Source of the DNA: the human T2T-CHM13v2.0 reference genome, Homo sapiens
Direction: 5' to 3' (one strand)
Assembly (NCBI RefSeq): GCF_009914755.1
Contig: NC_060937.1
Length of the DNA: 64,000 nucleotides
Part shown: positions 40,912 through 55,789 of the stretch, in pieces
Position numbering within the stretch: position 1 is the stretch's first letter
How the letters are laid out: every line of letters starts with the position of its first letter
The notes under the pieces: model-generated
What the model was told of the DNA's origin: nothing
The model's database searches: none
What the model saw: only the letters and a program-made list of their open reading frames with translations
Made by a program: the position numbers and the translations under genes

Positions 40912-43729
40912 TAGCTATAGAGCTGACCTTCCCCCATACCTGTATGGCTGAGAGTAGGTGAGCAGGAAGCTAGGACCCCCATATTCCAATCCCTCTGCTG
41001 TTCACAGCATCAAGCTCCAAATCTAACCCAAGATTTAGCACAGCATTTACCCAAGTCCATGATAATGTGGGCTGGTGTCCTATATTCTCCACAAGGGGTC
41101 CCAGAAATAGGAGGAGAAGGGGTGAGGACAGTTGAGTCTCAACTGCAGCTGTCCAGGAGGTGGAAATGATGGGATGGGAGAGGGCTGATGTGTAAGATTT
41201 GCTCATTTCCATAGTGTAAATGCTGTCATCATGACTGATGTCAAACTACCCCTGGCTTAACCATGGGCTTCAAAATTTCCTGAAAATTTGAACACTGAAA
41301 ATTGCATGTGAGCAATGAGAAGTGTGCTTCACGTTGTGAGCCAGTGTCTATGCCACACGCTGGTCTTGCATTTCTCGCCCCTGTCTAGTTGTTGCCTCTC
41401 TCCTGCCTTGTTTTGTACGCTCGTGCTTCAGTGTGTCCTGTATGTATTGTGCCAGTGTGAGGAGTTGAGCGTGGTGGGCTTTCAGTAAATGGTGACCAAT
41501 CAGAGCAGACCATCAGGACTCATTCCCACTGCTCTACTGGCTGAGGCTCTGCCCCGCAGCAAAGCACAGGGACCCCATGAGCCTGTCTGCACAGGGAATC
41601 ATCATCTGAATTCCTATGGACTGGGGCACAAGTCCTTCCATGCAGGGCAGGGCTGGGACTGGAACGAGGGATGAAAAGCCAGGCAGGGAGAGGACAAGCC
41701 CTCAGACCACCTGAAGCCCAGTTGGTGATGTGGCCCTAGAGAGGCCTGAAGCAAGCAGAGGTGGAGGGTGGCCCTGGGAGCCAGCCTGCAAGAGCGAGTT
41801 TGGGGCAGGGTGACAAACAGAGCCAGGTGCTGGAAGGAGCAGCTGCAGCTGCACATCAGGGAACAATATTTATATGTGCACCATGTGGGAAGCGCTGTGA
41901 GTTGTACACTCAAATTTTAAAGCCGTTTCTCCCTCCCTCTCACACACCATGCTCAGGAGCTTCTTAGAACAGGCAGTGATGTGGATGCGGTCATCTCTTG
42001 CTTACATACTGCCTAGTAATCTTTCAACCAGCAAAACACTCCACATCCAAACTATCCCCAAAAGCCCATCTGCGCGTCTCCAGGATTTAGCCCGCCTCCC
42101 CACCCTTGCCGCCCCTCAGTCCAGGGTTTTGTGATGTCTCCTTGGGATCAGGCTGACAGCTCGTCCTGGGGTCCTTTTACTTCTGTTCTTGCTCTCCTCT
42201 GGTTTGCCATTCACCCTCCAGGGAATTTTCTTTAGTGAAAACTTGATTATTGCCTTGAGTAAAATCTCTTCAGTGGATTTGCTCTAACGAATTATTCACC
42301 TTTTGCATGTTTGCATGAATCATGGCAAACTGCTACCTGGCTTCAACAGCTCTCCTTAGGGATCATTGAATTGAAGCAAGGGTGGCGGGCAGGGGCGTAC
42401 ACAAGGAGCAGTGGATGCATACACGTGACAATAGTAGAATGAAAAGACAAAGAATGCACGTAACACCCATGTCCCCATTTTATCCCTAGGGCCACATGCC
42501 TGGCAGCTGACTGTGTATGTGAGTATATGCAGCATTCTATTATAAGCCCCTAAAGTGCAGAGGACACATAGACCCCGTTTGCTTTGCCTGGTGCCCAGCA
42601 CAGTGCCATGGACAAGAAGAACTTCACAAACACCCTGACAATTCCAGGGGCTCACATGTGTGCTGGCTGAGAGCTGAGATCTCTGGTTGTAGAGCATTGG
42701 CATCTATAGGCAGCCTCGTTTCCATAAGGGTGCATTATTTTGAGCTTACATCAACAAGGGAAATAAACATCTGTGGCGTTGTGTAACCTGGCTTTCATCT
42801 CGCCCCCAACAGAAAGTGGGTCATTGAAATGTGGGTAGAAAACAGAGTAGGTGATTCCTCTGTTTGCAAAAAGATGATTTAGGTCCTCTCGTGTTGTTCT
42901 GATAGCAGAGGCCACGTTGCTGTGACGTGGACTGCAATGTTAAAAGGACCGAGATGCAGGCCTTCTGGGAGACCTTGGCCCTTTGTCTGACGTGTCAGTT
43001 TTGATTTTTATGATTGATGATGCAGCGAGTCAACAGAATAATAACACCCACAGCAGCCCATGTGGAAATGGTGCTGAGGGGCCCTTCTGCTTTCATTCTA
43101 TATAAATTTCACAAATGTCTGACCCATGTGATTTTAAATAAGCAAACAAACAAACCCCAAGCCTTTGCAACCTGATGTTGCAATTTGATCATAATGGCAA
43201 TTTTCTCTTTCAACCCGGCTTCTATTTTTTTGACCTGAGAATGTGCTGATTGGATTATTTTGGGTTTGGGGAGAAGAGAGAATTCCCTAGGAGTCATCTC
43301 TTTTTAAAAAGCAACACAGTTATTTAAAAAATACGTGTGAGTAAATCATATTACTTATTACATTTCATGGGGCATTTAATAAAACTTCTCAATAAATAAC
43401 AATGTTAAGTAGGCTACTGAGAGTAAAACGGACATTTCTGCCAAGGCCGGGCCATTTCTCTGTAGTTCCCAAGGGAACATCTGGTGCTTTGGTTTAGGAA
43501 GAAGTCTTTTCTAAAAAAACACACTGCATTGCCTCGTTTGTTTTTACTTGATTCATCAATATCAGAGGAAACTTTTGGTTTATCAGTTCATCAGATTGCA
43601 AGTTACATAGTCCTATGGGGGAATGAGGCTTCACGTAGGAGCCCCAAAAGTCAAGTTCCATCAGCTGTAAGTGTGTCAGCAACAATGCCAGTGGTGAGGG
43701 TTATATACAGAATGGCTCACATGTATTAA

Positions 43730-43900
43730 ACGCTGATTATGTGGCAAGAGCCCTCCTTGTGTCATCTCATTTAACTCTCCCAGGTAGTTGCAATTATTAG
43801 GCCCATTTTAGAGATAAAGAAACTGAGGCTTATGTACATTGTCTAAGATTGCTCAGTACGTGGCAGAGCCAGGGTTTGAATCAGGCTGCCTGACCCCAGA
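43730..43900 (-). mobile_element. MIR
   Basis: atctcatttaa...cccattttagagataaagaaactgaggc...ggcagagccagggtttgaa. Confidence 0.75.
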
Positions 43901-44382
43901 AGGTGCAAGAACAGCTACTCCCTGAAAATGTCATCATGACCGCTTATGCTGGAGTCCACTTAAATCAGGCAGAACTGTAGAGGAAGGTTCATAGTACAGG
44001 CAGCCTGCATCATGATGAAAAAGATCTCCACCTCTGGTTTCAAGCTTCAGGTAAAAATTTTATGTTTGTTGTTTGTTATGTGGATTGTGATGCTGCCTCC
44101 GGAAAAGCGAGCTGTGCATCCCGCTGAAAAGCTGGGTGGCCTGAGCTGAGATGTGGGGTCCAGGGCCCTTGCCTGTGTCCCGCAGAGTGCATCCTAGAGT
44201 GTTCCTCCTGCCCACAGCCCGTTCTCCCCCAGATCAGAACAGGAGGCAGGACCCCAGCCTACTGGGATGCTATGTGACTGTGTGAACTCCTGCCTTCGTG
44301 GGCCATAAATGGGATCTCATCCAAGTTCCCAGAACAGTGACAACGTTGTAAACTTCAAGTGCCATGAAACTCACTCGAGAAC

Positions 44383-44836
44383 TGCTGTGGGTTGAATTGT
44401 GTCTTCCCAAAGACATGTTGAACTCCTAACTCCACCACCTATGAATGTGACCTTATTTGGAGATAGGGTCTTCACAGATCTAACCAAGATGAGGTCAAAG
44501 TGGATTATAGCGGGCCCTAATCCAATGCCTGGTGTCCTTACAAGAAGAGGAAGATATGGACACAGAGACTTGCAGGGAGAGCACCCCGTGAAGGCAGAGG
44601 CAGAGACTGAAGTGAGTTGTCTACAAGCCAAGCAATGCCAAGGATCTGTGGCCACCACCAGAAGGTAGGAGAGAGGCAAGAAGACATCCCTCCCCTAGAG
44701 CCTCCAGAGGAGCAGGGTCCTGTTGACACCTTGATTTCAGACCTTCGAACTCTAGAACGGAGACACAATAAATTTCTGTCATGTTAAGTCACTCAGTTAG
44801 TGGTGATTGTTACAGCAGTCCTGGGAAATGACTAGA
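44383..44836 (+). mobile_element. MLT1B/C (MaLR) solo LTR
   Basis: gggttgaattgtgtc...gaatgtgaccttatttgga...aataaatttctg...gttacagcagtcctgggaaa; imperfect TSD AGAAC/AGAAG. Confidence 0.9.
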
Positions 44837-46330
44837 AGAAGGTTGTTTAAAATGCAGATTTCTGGACCCCACACTCATAGATTCTGACTCTTGGGCAGAG
44901 CTTACAAAAAGCCAGGTGATGCTTATATGGGACTCAGGGAGTGGAATAAATCCAAGGTCATCACATCCATTGCCCTCAGCATCAAGACTATGGAATGTTT
45001 TGTAAACTGATTTCATATATCAAAATATGCTTAGTTGTCCCTGTAAATGATAAATTAAAAAATAAGAAAGAAATCCATGCTACTGATTTATAAGAGAGGG
45101 TGTACAAGGAAAGCGGGTTAAGCCAGTGTCTTAGATAAGCGTTCTTGTATCTTGCACACCTGTCTGGGCTCCGAGGCCTGCATTCAGGTTCACACCCCGT
45201 CTTATCTTTATTACCTTCTTTATCTTTAACATTCTAATGTTGACCCAGTGGGGGAAGGGGGACATTGTTTTGAACTTAAGGCTATAACTCAATGGAGTTA
45301 GGAATGTTTTTATCAACTTACATCTTGTCTCCTGCGTTTCCTCCGCTGCAGTCCACTCTGTAGCCAGAAGGATGTCTCTATGCACGAGTCTGACTCCACT
45401 CTGCTTAACCCTCTTCCATAAAGTCCAAAATTGCTGCATGGCAAGAAGCTCTTTGTAATGGGCCCTATTCACCTCTCCAGCCTTATGTCCCCAGCCGCTC
45501 ACTAGCTGTTCCCCATGTGCCCTCCACCTCCAGCCAGTTTATTGGCCGACTCTCTTGCTTGGTCTCTTAGTTTAGAGGTCACTTCGTTGGGGAAAGTTTC
45601 TTAACTATGTGCACCTCAGAACCCCTGTTTACCCTCATTGCAGCCTGTGTCACACTGGAGGGATGATTACCTCTGTCACCTCTCCCCAGTCTGTGTGTTC
45701 TCCAAGGACGAGGAAAATGTTTTACTTGGTGTTGTATCCTTAGTACCTGACACATTGTAGGACACACAAAAGATGCTCAGTAGATATGTTTTGAGTTGAT
45801 CGTTCTGAAAGAAATGTTCTCAGCTCCACCACTTAGTCTTCAGTTCTGGCCCCTGGGTAAGCCTCAGAGGTTAACTTCTTTTCTCTCAGCTCTTGTGCTT
45901 AGGTTTCTGAGCAATACGAGGAAAAAGAAATACCATACAACCGTGATGACTGAACTCATCCCAGCCTCACCATCCTAACCTCTGCGCTTCCCAAATTGCT
46001 CTCATTCATGCTTCATGGTACCAATGTGCTCCTCACTGTAGCAGTGCTGACATTCCATCTCAACCACTTCTCATAGAGACGCTGGCCATCTGAGAAGGCT
46101 TCCACTGCCTCTCCTAGTTCCTCCTTGTCGTCTAAGTACTACCTCTCTTCCATTCCTTTGATTGCATCTTCTGTGGTCCCCTCTGTCACTTTGTTTTAGC
46201 TATAATTTCTTTTAACTTTGAGCTTTTTCTCTTCAAAGTCTCCTTCTCCTAACTGGTACTATGCTTCTCTCTGACCCTTCTTAAAACTTCTATTTCCACA
46301 TAATGCTTTCTCCTCAAATTCCCACAAAAA

Positions 46331-46440
46331 TCCATCCATCCATCCATTCATCCATCCATCCACCCATCCACTCACCCATTCATCCCATCCATCCATCCTA
46401 TCCATCCATCCATCCATCCATCCATCCACCCATTCATTCT
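46331..46440. repeat. (CCAT)n tetranucleotide repeat
   Basis: Direct observation. Confidence 0.92.
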
Positions 46441-47110
46441 TTCAACTCTCTACATAGCATTCAATATGGTATTTTAAAAATACAAATTAAAATTAGTTCA
46501 TTTCATTGCTTAAAATTATCCAGGAGCTTTGCAAGGCACTTAAGAGAAAATCTAAACTCCTTCTTCACTATTACCTTCAAGATCATGTCAGCATCCCATG
46601 ATCTGGCTCTTGCTCACTTCCCTGACTTCATCTCCTCCATATGTGCCCTTGTCCATATGCTTCAGCCACACGGGCCTTCTTTCTGTTTCTTGAGCATCTT
46701 CTCTTTAGAAAAATGTACGCTATCTGTTCCTTTGCCTGGACAACTGCTTCTGCACTCTGCATGGCTGCCTTCTTCTCATTCATGCCTTTGTTCAAACACC
46801 ACTTACTCAGTGAGTCCTCCCTTGACAACACAACCTAAATTTGCACCTAGCCTCTGTCCCAGCACACTCCATAACACCAGCCAGTGCTCTTTCCTTCACA
46901 GCACTTATTACAAAATAAAATAAAATTTTCTTTGTCACTAATTTGTTTGCTTTTTATCTGTTTCCTATCCCTATCCTCAATGCTAGAATATAAGCTTTCC
47001 AAGAGTGGTGTCCTTGTCTGTCTTCTTCATCATTGCATCCCTAGGACCTGTAAAGTGTCTAGCACATATAGTAGCACATTCTAAATATTTGTTTAATGCA
47101 TGCATGAAGG
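46440..47110 (+). mobile_element. L2 3' part
   Basis: ctagaatataagcttt...ttgtctgtctt...tagcacatatagtag...aaatatttgtt L2 terminus. Confidence 0.75.
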
Positions 47111-48689
47111 GAAGGACATTCTAGACAGATGGGAGAGCATGAGATAAAAGTACAGAGTGTGTATTGGCAGAGATAAGTGATCTTAGATGGGTAGGTCATA
47201 AAACGTCAGACTGCACTGGGGCCAGGAGGCTCCTGTGTGTGCACGTTGACAGAGCTGGAATGCATGCATGCATTCAACAAATATTATTGGAATCCTCCTA
47301 TGTGTTGGGCAAGTCAAGGAGCTCACAGTCTAGTAGGGAAAGACACACATACACATTACATTATAATATAAACATAAACATTATAATAATGTTATAAGTG
47401 CCACAATAAAGGTGTGTACAATGTGTAATAGGAGCCCAAGGGAGTCAGGGATTCGGTCTCTGTGAGGGAGTCAAGGAGAGCATCACAGAAGGTGATGCTT
47501 TAGTTGGTCCTTAGTGGAGAAAGGTGCTTACCTGGCAGACATGGCAGGGAATGGTAACAATGCTCAGAGCCTGGATCCTACTTTCTTCCTTGACTCATGG
47601 AAAATGGTGACTTTCCAGCTCCCCTCCGACTTCTGATAACTTCTGATCCCTTTCTGGGTCCTAGCCCTCACTTTGAATACAGACATTCATGATGTCCTTT
47701 GCTATGAGATGGCCACATACTTCTGTCTAGGGCTATTGCAGACACTTGGGATTCAGTCATTAGCCCTATGCAAGTAATTCCAAATCTCAATCTTTAACCC
47801 TGACATTTCCCTCAGATAATTAGTTCAGTATCTCAACAACTTGTGAATTCCTTCCACTTGGACATTATCTTAAACTCGGTATTTCCAAAAACAAATCAGT
47901 GTTCTTCTCCTCTTCAAATCTACTCTTTCTCTTTTGTTGCCTCCATTTCTTCTTCAAACTCCCAGGTTAGTGTCTTTAGGGTAAACCTGATTCTTCCCTA
48001 ATTCTCATATCCTACATTCTATTAATTAAGATGTCCTTAGATTCTACCTCTGAGATATTCTCATATACATTCCTACCTTTCTATTTTTTATGTTGGGCTT
48101 CCTCAACCACTCCTTGTGATTGCTTTATTAACTTCTGAATCTATTTTTTGGCCTTCCCTCCTTCTCTTCTTTGATCTATCCTTCACATTTGATAAAAGTT
48201 ATTTTCCTAAAGCAGATTGAAACATAAAATATCTCAGCTCAAAAGACTTCAGCAGCTCCCCACTTCCCATAGAAAGACCAAGCTCTTGCACAAAGCATCA
48301 TGGCTCTGATGACCAAGGTCTTATCTATGTTTCCAGCTCTGTCTATTCACACACACTGGAGCCTCCTGGCTCCAGTGCAGTCTGGCATTTTATGAGCTAT
48401 TCATCTAAGATCACTTATCTTTGCCAATACACACTCTGTACTTTTATCTCATGCTCTTCCATCTGTCTAGTATGTCCTTCCCTTCATTTCCCATGTTGAA
48501 ACCCTACCTGTCTTTCAAAACTCCATTCAAATATCATTTCCTGGCTAAATCTTCACTGATTTTCACTCAATATTCTTATTGGTTAAAATTAGTCATTCTC
48601 TTGTGTGTGTGTCCTAGAACACTTGTTTACTCATTACTTTTAGCATTTATCATATTGTGCTCACATTACATTTATTTATACACATTTTA

Positions 48690-49676
48690 AAATTCTCACT
48701 TTATTACTTTCTTTTATATTTAAATGTTCTTCTTTTCTTTGTGTACATTTATATTTCTATCTTGTATCATTTTCTTCCTGCTTGAAGAATTTCCTTTAAT
48801 ATTTCTTGTAGTTTGAGTACGCTGGTGATGAATTATTTAGCATTTTGTATGTCTGAAAATGTCTTTATTTTCTCTCATTTTTGTTGGATATACAAATTCT
48901 GAGTTGGCAGTCTTCTTTTCTCTAAAGATTTTGCTCCACTGTCTTCTGGTTTGCATTGTTTCCAATGAGAAAGCTACTGACATTCTTATCTTTGTGCCTC
49001 TGCATATATATATTTTGTGTGTGTGTGTGTGTGTGTGTGAAGCTGTTTTAAATATTTTTTTCTTTGTCACTTGTTCTGAGAAATTTGTTGCTCAAATTGA
49101 TTGCCTTGGTGTAGTTTTCCTCATTTTTTTTTTTTTGTGGGTGGGACTTGTTGAGCATCTTGAATGTGTGAGTTTATAGTTTTCATTGAACTATGGCTTT
49201 GGCTGTCATTTCTTCAAATCCTTTTTTCTGTCTCCTTTCCTCTCTCTATTTCTTTGGAAAGTCAAATAAACATATATTAAGCCTGTGAAATTGCCCTACA
49301 GCTCACTCATGATATTTTTCTGTAATTATTTTTTGGCTTTTTTCCTTTTGTGTTTCTTTCATATTAGGTAATTTATATTGCCATGTCTTCCAGTTCATTA
49401 ATCTTTTTATTTTACAGTGTAAAATTTGCTGCTAATCCAGTCCAGTGTGTTTTTCATCTCACACATTATATTTTCAACTGTAGAAGTTTGATTTGGATCT
49501 TTTATTTTTAATAGCTCTCATGTTGCTATTTAACATGCTTATTTTCTTCTAGCTTCCTAAACATATAGAATACAATTAAGTTACTGTTTAGATGTCTTTG
49601 TCTGGTAATTCTATCACTTTCAAGTTTGTTTCTATTGATTGTTTCTTCTCCTCAGTATGAATTCTTTGCATGCCTG

Positions 49677-49711
<35 letters not shown>

Positions 49712-50900
49712 CAGTTCAGTAGTGTTAAGTATATTTACATTGTTGTGCAACAGATCTCCACAGCCTTTTCATCTTGCAAAATTGAAACTCTATATCCATT
49801 AATAACATCTCTCCATTATATCTTTTTACTCGCAACCCTGGGCAGCTATCATTCTACTTTCTGTTGTTATGAATTTGACTACTTTAGATACTTCAGATAA
49901 GTGAACTAATATAGTATTTGCCTTTTTGTGACTGTCTTATTTCACTTAGCATAATATCCTCAAGGCTCATCCACATTGTAGCATGACAAGATTTACTTCC
50001 TTTTAAGGCTAAATGCTATTCCATTGTATGTATGTACCACATTTTGCTTTTCCATTTGTCCATTAATGGACACTTATATTGCTTCTGCCTTTTGGCTATT
50101 GTGAATACTGCTGCTATGAAGTGGGTATGCAACACGCCTGGTAATTTTTGATTAGATATCAGACATTATATATTTTATTTATTTGGATGATTGCTATATT
50201 TGTATTCTTATAAATAGTCTTGAGGCTTGTTCTGAGATGTAGAATATGTAGAAATGCTTTGATGATTTTAAGGTTTGCTTTTAAGTTTTTTTTTTGTTTG
50301 TTTGTTTTTTTTTTTTTTGGTGTTACCAGTACAACCTTTAGTCTAATTTTTCCTTGCTGCTGGGTTACTATGCTAAGGTACCTTGTTAAGTACTTTTCCT
50401 GATACTCCGTGAATTATGTGGCTTTCCACTCTGGCTGATGGGAATACGAACTACTTATGAGTCTGTGTAAGCTGCAGGGATTATTTCCTCTGCTCCTTCT
50501 ATGTGGTCTTTCCCAAGCTTTGGGTAGTTTTCTCACATGCATGTCCTTATCAGTACTTAGCTAACGACAAGTACTTTGTGCTGCAAACTGTAAACTGTCT
50601 TGGCTTCTGCAGACTTACAGCTCCATTTCTTCAGCTGAGAGAGAGTGGACTGCATCACCTACATTCCCCTTTGTTGCACCCAGGCCTGGAAACTCTCTCT
50701 CGGCAGTAAGCTAGGACAATTGTAAAGCCCACCTCACATAGTTCATCTCTCTTAGAAATCGCTGTCCTGTGTTGCCTGAAATCTGATTTGTGAAAGCTCT
50801 TTTTTATTTTTACTTCTTCTTCTGGTTTTTAGTGTTTCTTGTGGGAGGGTTAATCTGGTCCCTTTTAGTCTACGTTAGCCAGTAGTGGGAGTCTCATTAG
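48690..50900 (-). mobile_element. Old L1M ORF1/5' region, antisense, with nested L1MB 3' end at ~49680-50130
   Basis: T-rich antisense ORF1 motifs (tttaatatttcttgtag, ctccactgtcttctgg, tccaatgagaaa); nested element has a (TA)n tail and tatttcacttagcataat motif. Confidence 0.75.
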
Positions 50901-51606
50901 CATTAATTATTAATAATTACTCTCCTCACACATAGTAATATGGCATTCTATCAGCAAAGTGCTTGATCCTGTTTAAGACAGTGAGGAAGACTTTCCTCAA
51001 TCCATAAGGTTCACAGTGAGGGTTTTAAGTACCTCATTAAGTACTTAGAATTCTGCCATCCAGGAAACACATGAAAACAGAGTATAATCTCTCTCTTATG
51101 ATGTTTAAAATATTAGGCTCATAAAGACATCACAGTTTCCTGGTGAATACTTACTGAATAAACAAGGGACTAGTTCCAAAGCTGTAGGGGAAGGGAGTGA
51201 CTAGATTCCTGACAGCACATAGGATGCCACATTTGCAGATTCCCTCAGGGGCAGCAGTGAACTCCATCTCTGAAAATAGATGATTACAAATTTTCTTTGT
51301 GTGCTACTGAAGCACATAAATCTCTGTGAGGTTGATACTGACTGATTTTTTCCAGCTGAGCTCCAGAGGCTATTTGCCAAATACCATGGAGGAGGCATCT
51401 CCCTGGAATACCTGAGCGCCCTTGTTCACTGGGATGGTCACAGCAAGAGACTGATGCCTCTGCACACCTGCACATCTGAGAGGCAGAGTTGCCATTGACC
51501 CTTCCTTGAAATGCCTTGAGGTACTGGATTTGCTTCCTAATTTCTCTGCTTGAAATTCCTTCTCCACAGGCCTATAATTTAATCAGAATATTCATTTTTT
51601 CATGTC

Positions 51607-51913
51607 TTTTTATATATATATATTTTTAGAGGCAGGACCTTGCTCTGTCACCCAGGCTGGAATGCAGTGGCACAATCATAGCTCACTGCAGTCTTGAACT
51701 CCTGGGCTCAAGCTATCCTTCTGCCTCAGCCTCCTGAGTAGCTAGGACTATAAGCACATGCCACCATGCCTGGCTAATTAAATTTTTTTTTTTCTTTTTG
51801 TAGAGACAAGATCTCACCGCCCAGGCTGATATCAAATTACTGGCCTCTAGCAAGCCTCCTGCCTGGGCCTCCCAAAGTGCTGGGATTACAGGCATGAGCC
51901 ACCACACCTGGCC
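51607..51913 (-). mobile_element. Alu (AluJ-like)
   Basis: Antisense Alu with T/(TA)n tail and catagctcactgcag diagnostic. Confidence 0.92.
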
Positions 51914-53447
51914 TGTTTGTTTGTGTGGATAATGGCTTGTTGTATCTTCACACAATATATTAAGTCATCTTAAACCAAGAGGGAAGCATCTTAGGCCACG
52001 GCTACTAAGTTTCATGTGGCTGTTCAAAGGCAGCCTGAAGCTCCTAATTTCTGTTTGGGAGGCAGTGAAGCATGGCAGAAAAAACACAGGAATACGAGTT
52101 GGGAGAGCTGGAATCTAATCCTGGTTCTATTGCTAGTACACCAGAGCAGTTACTTAGCTTCTCTGGGCTTCTATTTTCTCATCCTAAGTGAAAGTTAATG
52201 AAAAGAAGTAATGATAGTTCCCATTTGTTGAATCTCATTCTGTGCCAGACTCTATATTAAGCGTTCTACATGCATTTTTCTTTTGATTTTCACAGAAACC
52301 TTTATTAGAGATTAATTGTTTTTATTCCCATTTTATGGTTGAAGAAACTAGAGCTTAGAGAGTTTAAGCAATATTTTTGCCTAATAAGTGATAGAGCTAG
52401 GATGAAAACTCAGCTTTGTTCATCAGGTTACATCATTAGTTTACCTTAAAAATTCTTTCCATGCATAAAATGCCATGACTATACCACAATGTAGAAGGCC
52501 TACGGTAATCACAGAGCTCTCGTGGTTAATGGTGTTTGAACTTCAGAGTTACATGAATATAACCAATAGAAACAAACTTATTAGGCATCTTATATGACTC
52601 ATTTCTAGACAATGTCTCTTTTAATACCAGTCTGTTTATTCCTTCTGGAATTCCAGTTAGATATTTGCTGGATACTTCCATTTTATCCTCCACCTATTTC
52701 AATCTCTTTCTCTTTCTTTGCTAGATTCTGTGTAGTGCTCTCAGGTTTATCTTCAGTTTGCTAATTCTTTCTTCAGTTTTGTCTAATTATCTGTCCAACG
52801 CATGCACTGAGATGCTTTTAAGACATTAACCCTAATGTTATTTTTATAAGTTCTATATTTTTAAGTCTGCCTATTCATTTTTCATCTTATTATTATATTT
52901 TTATCATCATTCATCTTGTTTCTTACATATTTGATTATCCTTTTCTTAAATCATTAATAATTGTATTATTTTAGTCTTATACAAGAGTTCTATTCTCAGA
53001 AGTTCTTACTGAGTCCTGCTTGTTTTGTCTGCTGGCTCTCACTCATGGTAGTTTCTTTCTTTGTGTGCTGTGTGTGAACTCATGTTTGAGAGTCACGCAT
53101 TGGTTTTCTATTCAAGGTTACCACAGTCCATGGATACATTTTTGTATTACTTTTGCATCATCTTGGGTAGCAAGTTTGATATCTAAATGTGTGTGAGATC
53201 TAACTTAAAGTTTTGAATTTCCAGAGGGAACTTTAAAAATGCCCACTCAGTCAGAGACAGAAAGGCTTTCTCTTTCTCTGCCTGTGCTGGTGGGTTCACT
53301 GTTCTCCTGAGTTATCTTCAAGAGTCTTGTCTGTATATTGGAGTTTCAGTTCCATCTCCTAGCTCCTCTGGGTAACTGAGATAAATCCCTGCCACACCCT
53401 CTCAACCAACTTCATGCTGCCACAATGTGGGCTCACATCATCTTCAC

Positions 53448-53737
53448 TTTTTTTTTTTTTTTTGAGTCAGAGTCTTGCCTTGTTGCCCAGGCTGGTGTGC
53501 AGTGGTGCGATCATGGCTTACTGCAGCCTTGACCTCCTGGGCTCAAGTGATCCTCCCACCTCAGCCTCCCAAGTAGCTGTGCCAGCCAATTTTTTGTTTT
53601 TTTGTATTTTTTGTAGAGACTGGGGTGGGCGGGCGGGGGGTCGGGGGGGTCTCACCGTGTTGCCCAGGCTGGTCTCTAATTTCTGAGATCTAATCCCGAA
53701 GTGTTGGGATTACAGGTGCGAGCCACTGCACTCGACC
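53448..53737 (-). mobile_element. Alu (AluJ-like) with internal deletions and a G-rich expansion
   Basis: Antisense Alu halves; G-tract at 53622-53649. Confidence 0.85.
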
Positions 53738-54904
53738 ACCATCCTCACTGTGGTTTTTGGTTTCCTCTTTATTTATGGGCTTTGGGGAGTTCCTTCCGGT
53801 CACCTAGCTATGCATTTGAAATAAATCCCATATTTAATTTGGCATATCTAATTGTACTGTAGTGGGAAAGTTTCCAGTTATTAAATCCATAATTTTGCTG
53901 AAAATGGAAGTTATTTATTAACCTACATATCACCACAGTTCTTCAAGGCAAGCATGGTTATCTCCAGTTTGTAAATAAAAAAGGGCTTCAGAGAGGCTCA
54001 GTAACTTGCCCGGCATCACACAGCCAGAGCGTCAAATCTTGCCTGCAGAGGTTTCTTGGGGCCAGGAGAGTGTGTTTTAGTGCCTTGGGCCAGGCTCCCC
54101 AACTTCTCCACAACTGCCCCTGTCTCTCCTCTCCCTTATCCTGCTCAGCTTCACACAGTTACTTACTTTTCTGGTCCCCAAAGGCCTTTGAGCAGGTGAT
54201 ACCAATTCCAAATCCTTCTGCAAGAGCCACTGCAGATTTGTCCGATGTTGACTCCTCTGTGTCACTGGTGCTAGCTTCCCAGCCTGTTCATTTTATTCCA
54301 CTGCCAATGTAGCCCAAAGCAAATGCACACGATTTCCTATTTTTCTGTTATTTTTCATGGTCTATCAAAAAATATATGCTCCCACTTTCCAAAATCAGAA
54401 CATCCACTAGTGTCTGCATGAAGTAAGTCATGAGAAAGGTGAGAGTGCCTCCCTGTCACTAATGCTTATCCTAGCAGTGCGCCAGTATGGAATGCTCTAG
54501 TGCAGCTTGGTCCATCCAGCGGAGGGCTACCCCTGCTTTACAGCCCTGTGGTATGGATTATAATTCCTTACTTACCACTAAATTTTCTTCAAAGGCTGTC
54601 TGTAGCTCCATGTTATGCATACCTCTACCAGAAAATTCACCTTTTTAAGACTCAGTTTAAGGCTTGTCTCCATAGTGAAGGCTCACCCTCCTGGGCACTT
54701 CCATATGCGTGATCCTGATAGGATTTTATGGTTGTCTCAGAAGCATCAGTGTGCTTTGTCTCTCCAATGAGATGGTAAAGTCCTCTAGAACAGGCATTTT
54801 TTCCCCCAATCTCTTTTTTATTCATTGTGGGATAAGGTCATGTTTTAGCCACACAGGAAGAATGGATACTTTAAAATAGACTTCCATTTTTATTAAAATA
54901 TTGA

Positions 54905-55170
54905 AGGGAGGGTGGTTGATGGGTACAACAAATAGAGATGAATCAGATCTACTATTTGATAGCACAATAGGATGATCAATTACAATTTAGTTATACATTT
55001 AAAAGTAACTAAGAGTGTAATTAGATCGTTGTAACAGAAAGGATAAATACTTGAGGTGGTGGATACCCCATTCATCCTGATGTGATTATTATTGTATCCT
55101 GTACCAAAATATCTCATGTACCCCATAAGTATATACACCTACTATATGCCCACAAAAAGCAAAAATAAAA
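54905..55170 (+). mobile_element. L1MA (MA1-3-like) 3' end
   Basis: gatctactatttgatagcacaatagg...ggataaatacttgaggtg...tatatacacctactat...cccacaaaaa. Confidence 0.85.
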
Positions 55171-55789
55171 TTTTTTTTTTAAAGTTAGAAAAATAAATAA
55201 GCTAATGACTTTTTTTATGTTGAATCTCCAAATTTGACACTTACTTAAATGTTCAAGGTGAGAAAATTTTTATGTATTATCCTCATCACTGTTTAGCATT
55301 TTTAATGATGTTGTAACATACATTGGAATTTGTTTCTTTCAGGCCAGAAACACTGAGGGCATCTTATTTACACTTAACTCCATCTTGTGAAAAAAATGGA
55401 GCAGCAAAACTAATAGCCCAGATTTGGACCCCAGGATGACAAGCTCCAAGATGGTGGATAATTTTCCTTCTTGACCATAGCGTTAAACCTAGCCATTGTG
55501 ATAAATAAAGTGACTTTTGGCTTTATGACTTTCAGTGTAAATATTGGATTACCTTATCTATTCAAAGGACTTCAGAAGTGTTGTCTGTTTTTAGGCAAAT
55601 ATTCTGGTCACTGAACACCCAGAGCCACTATCAAAAGCCAGTAATGGTTTAATAGTTGTTTTATGTCTCTTTGTACTGCTGTTTACCTTTGTTTCATGTT
55701 CCTAACTAGTTGTTGATTTCCTTAAAGGCTGGAGCTGGCTCTTGCCCAGTGGTGGGATTTAGTGTTTTCTTTTTTATTTATCAAATATT

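Noticed and set aside
46303-46923. 206-aa ORF
   Set aside because: Made of a (CCAT)n repeat plus an L2 remnant.
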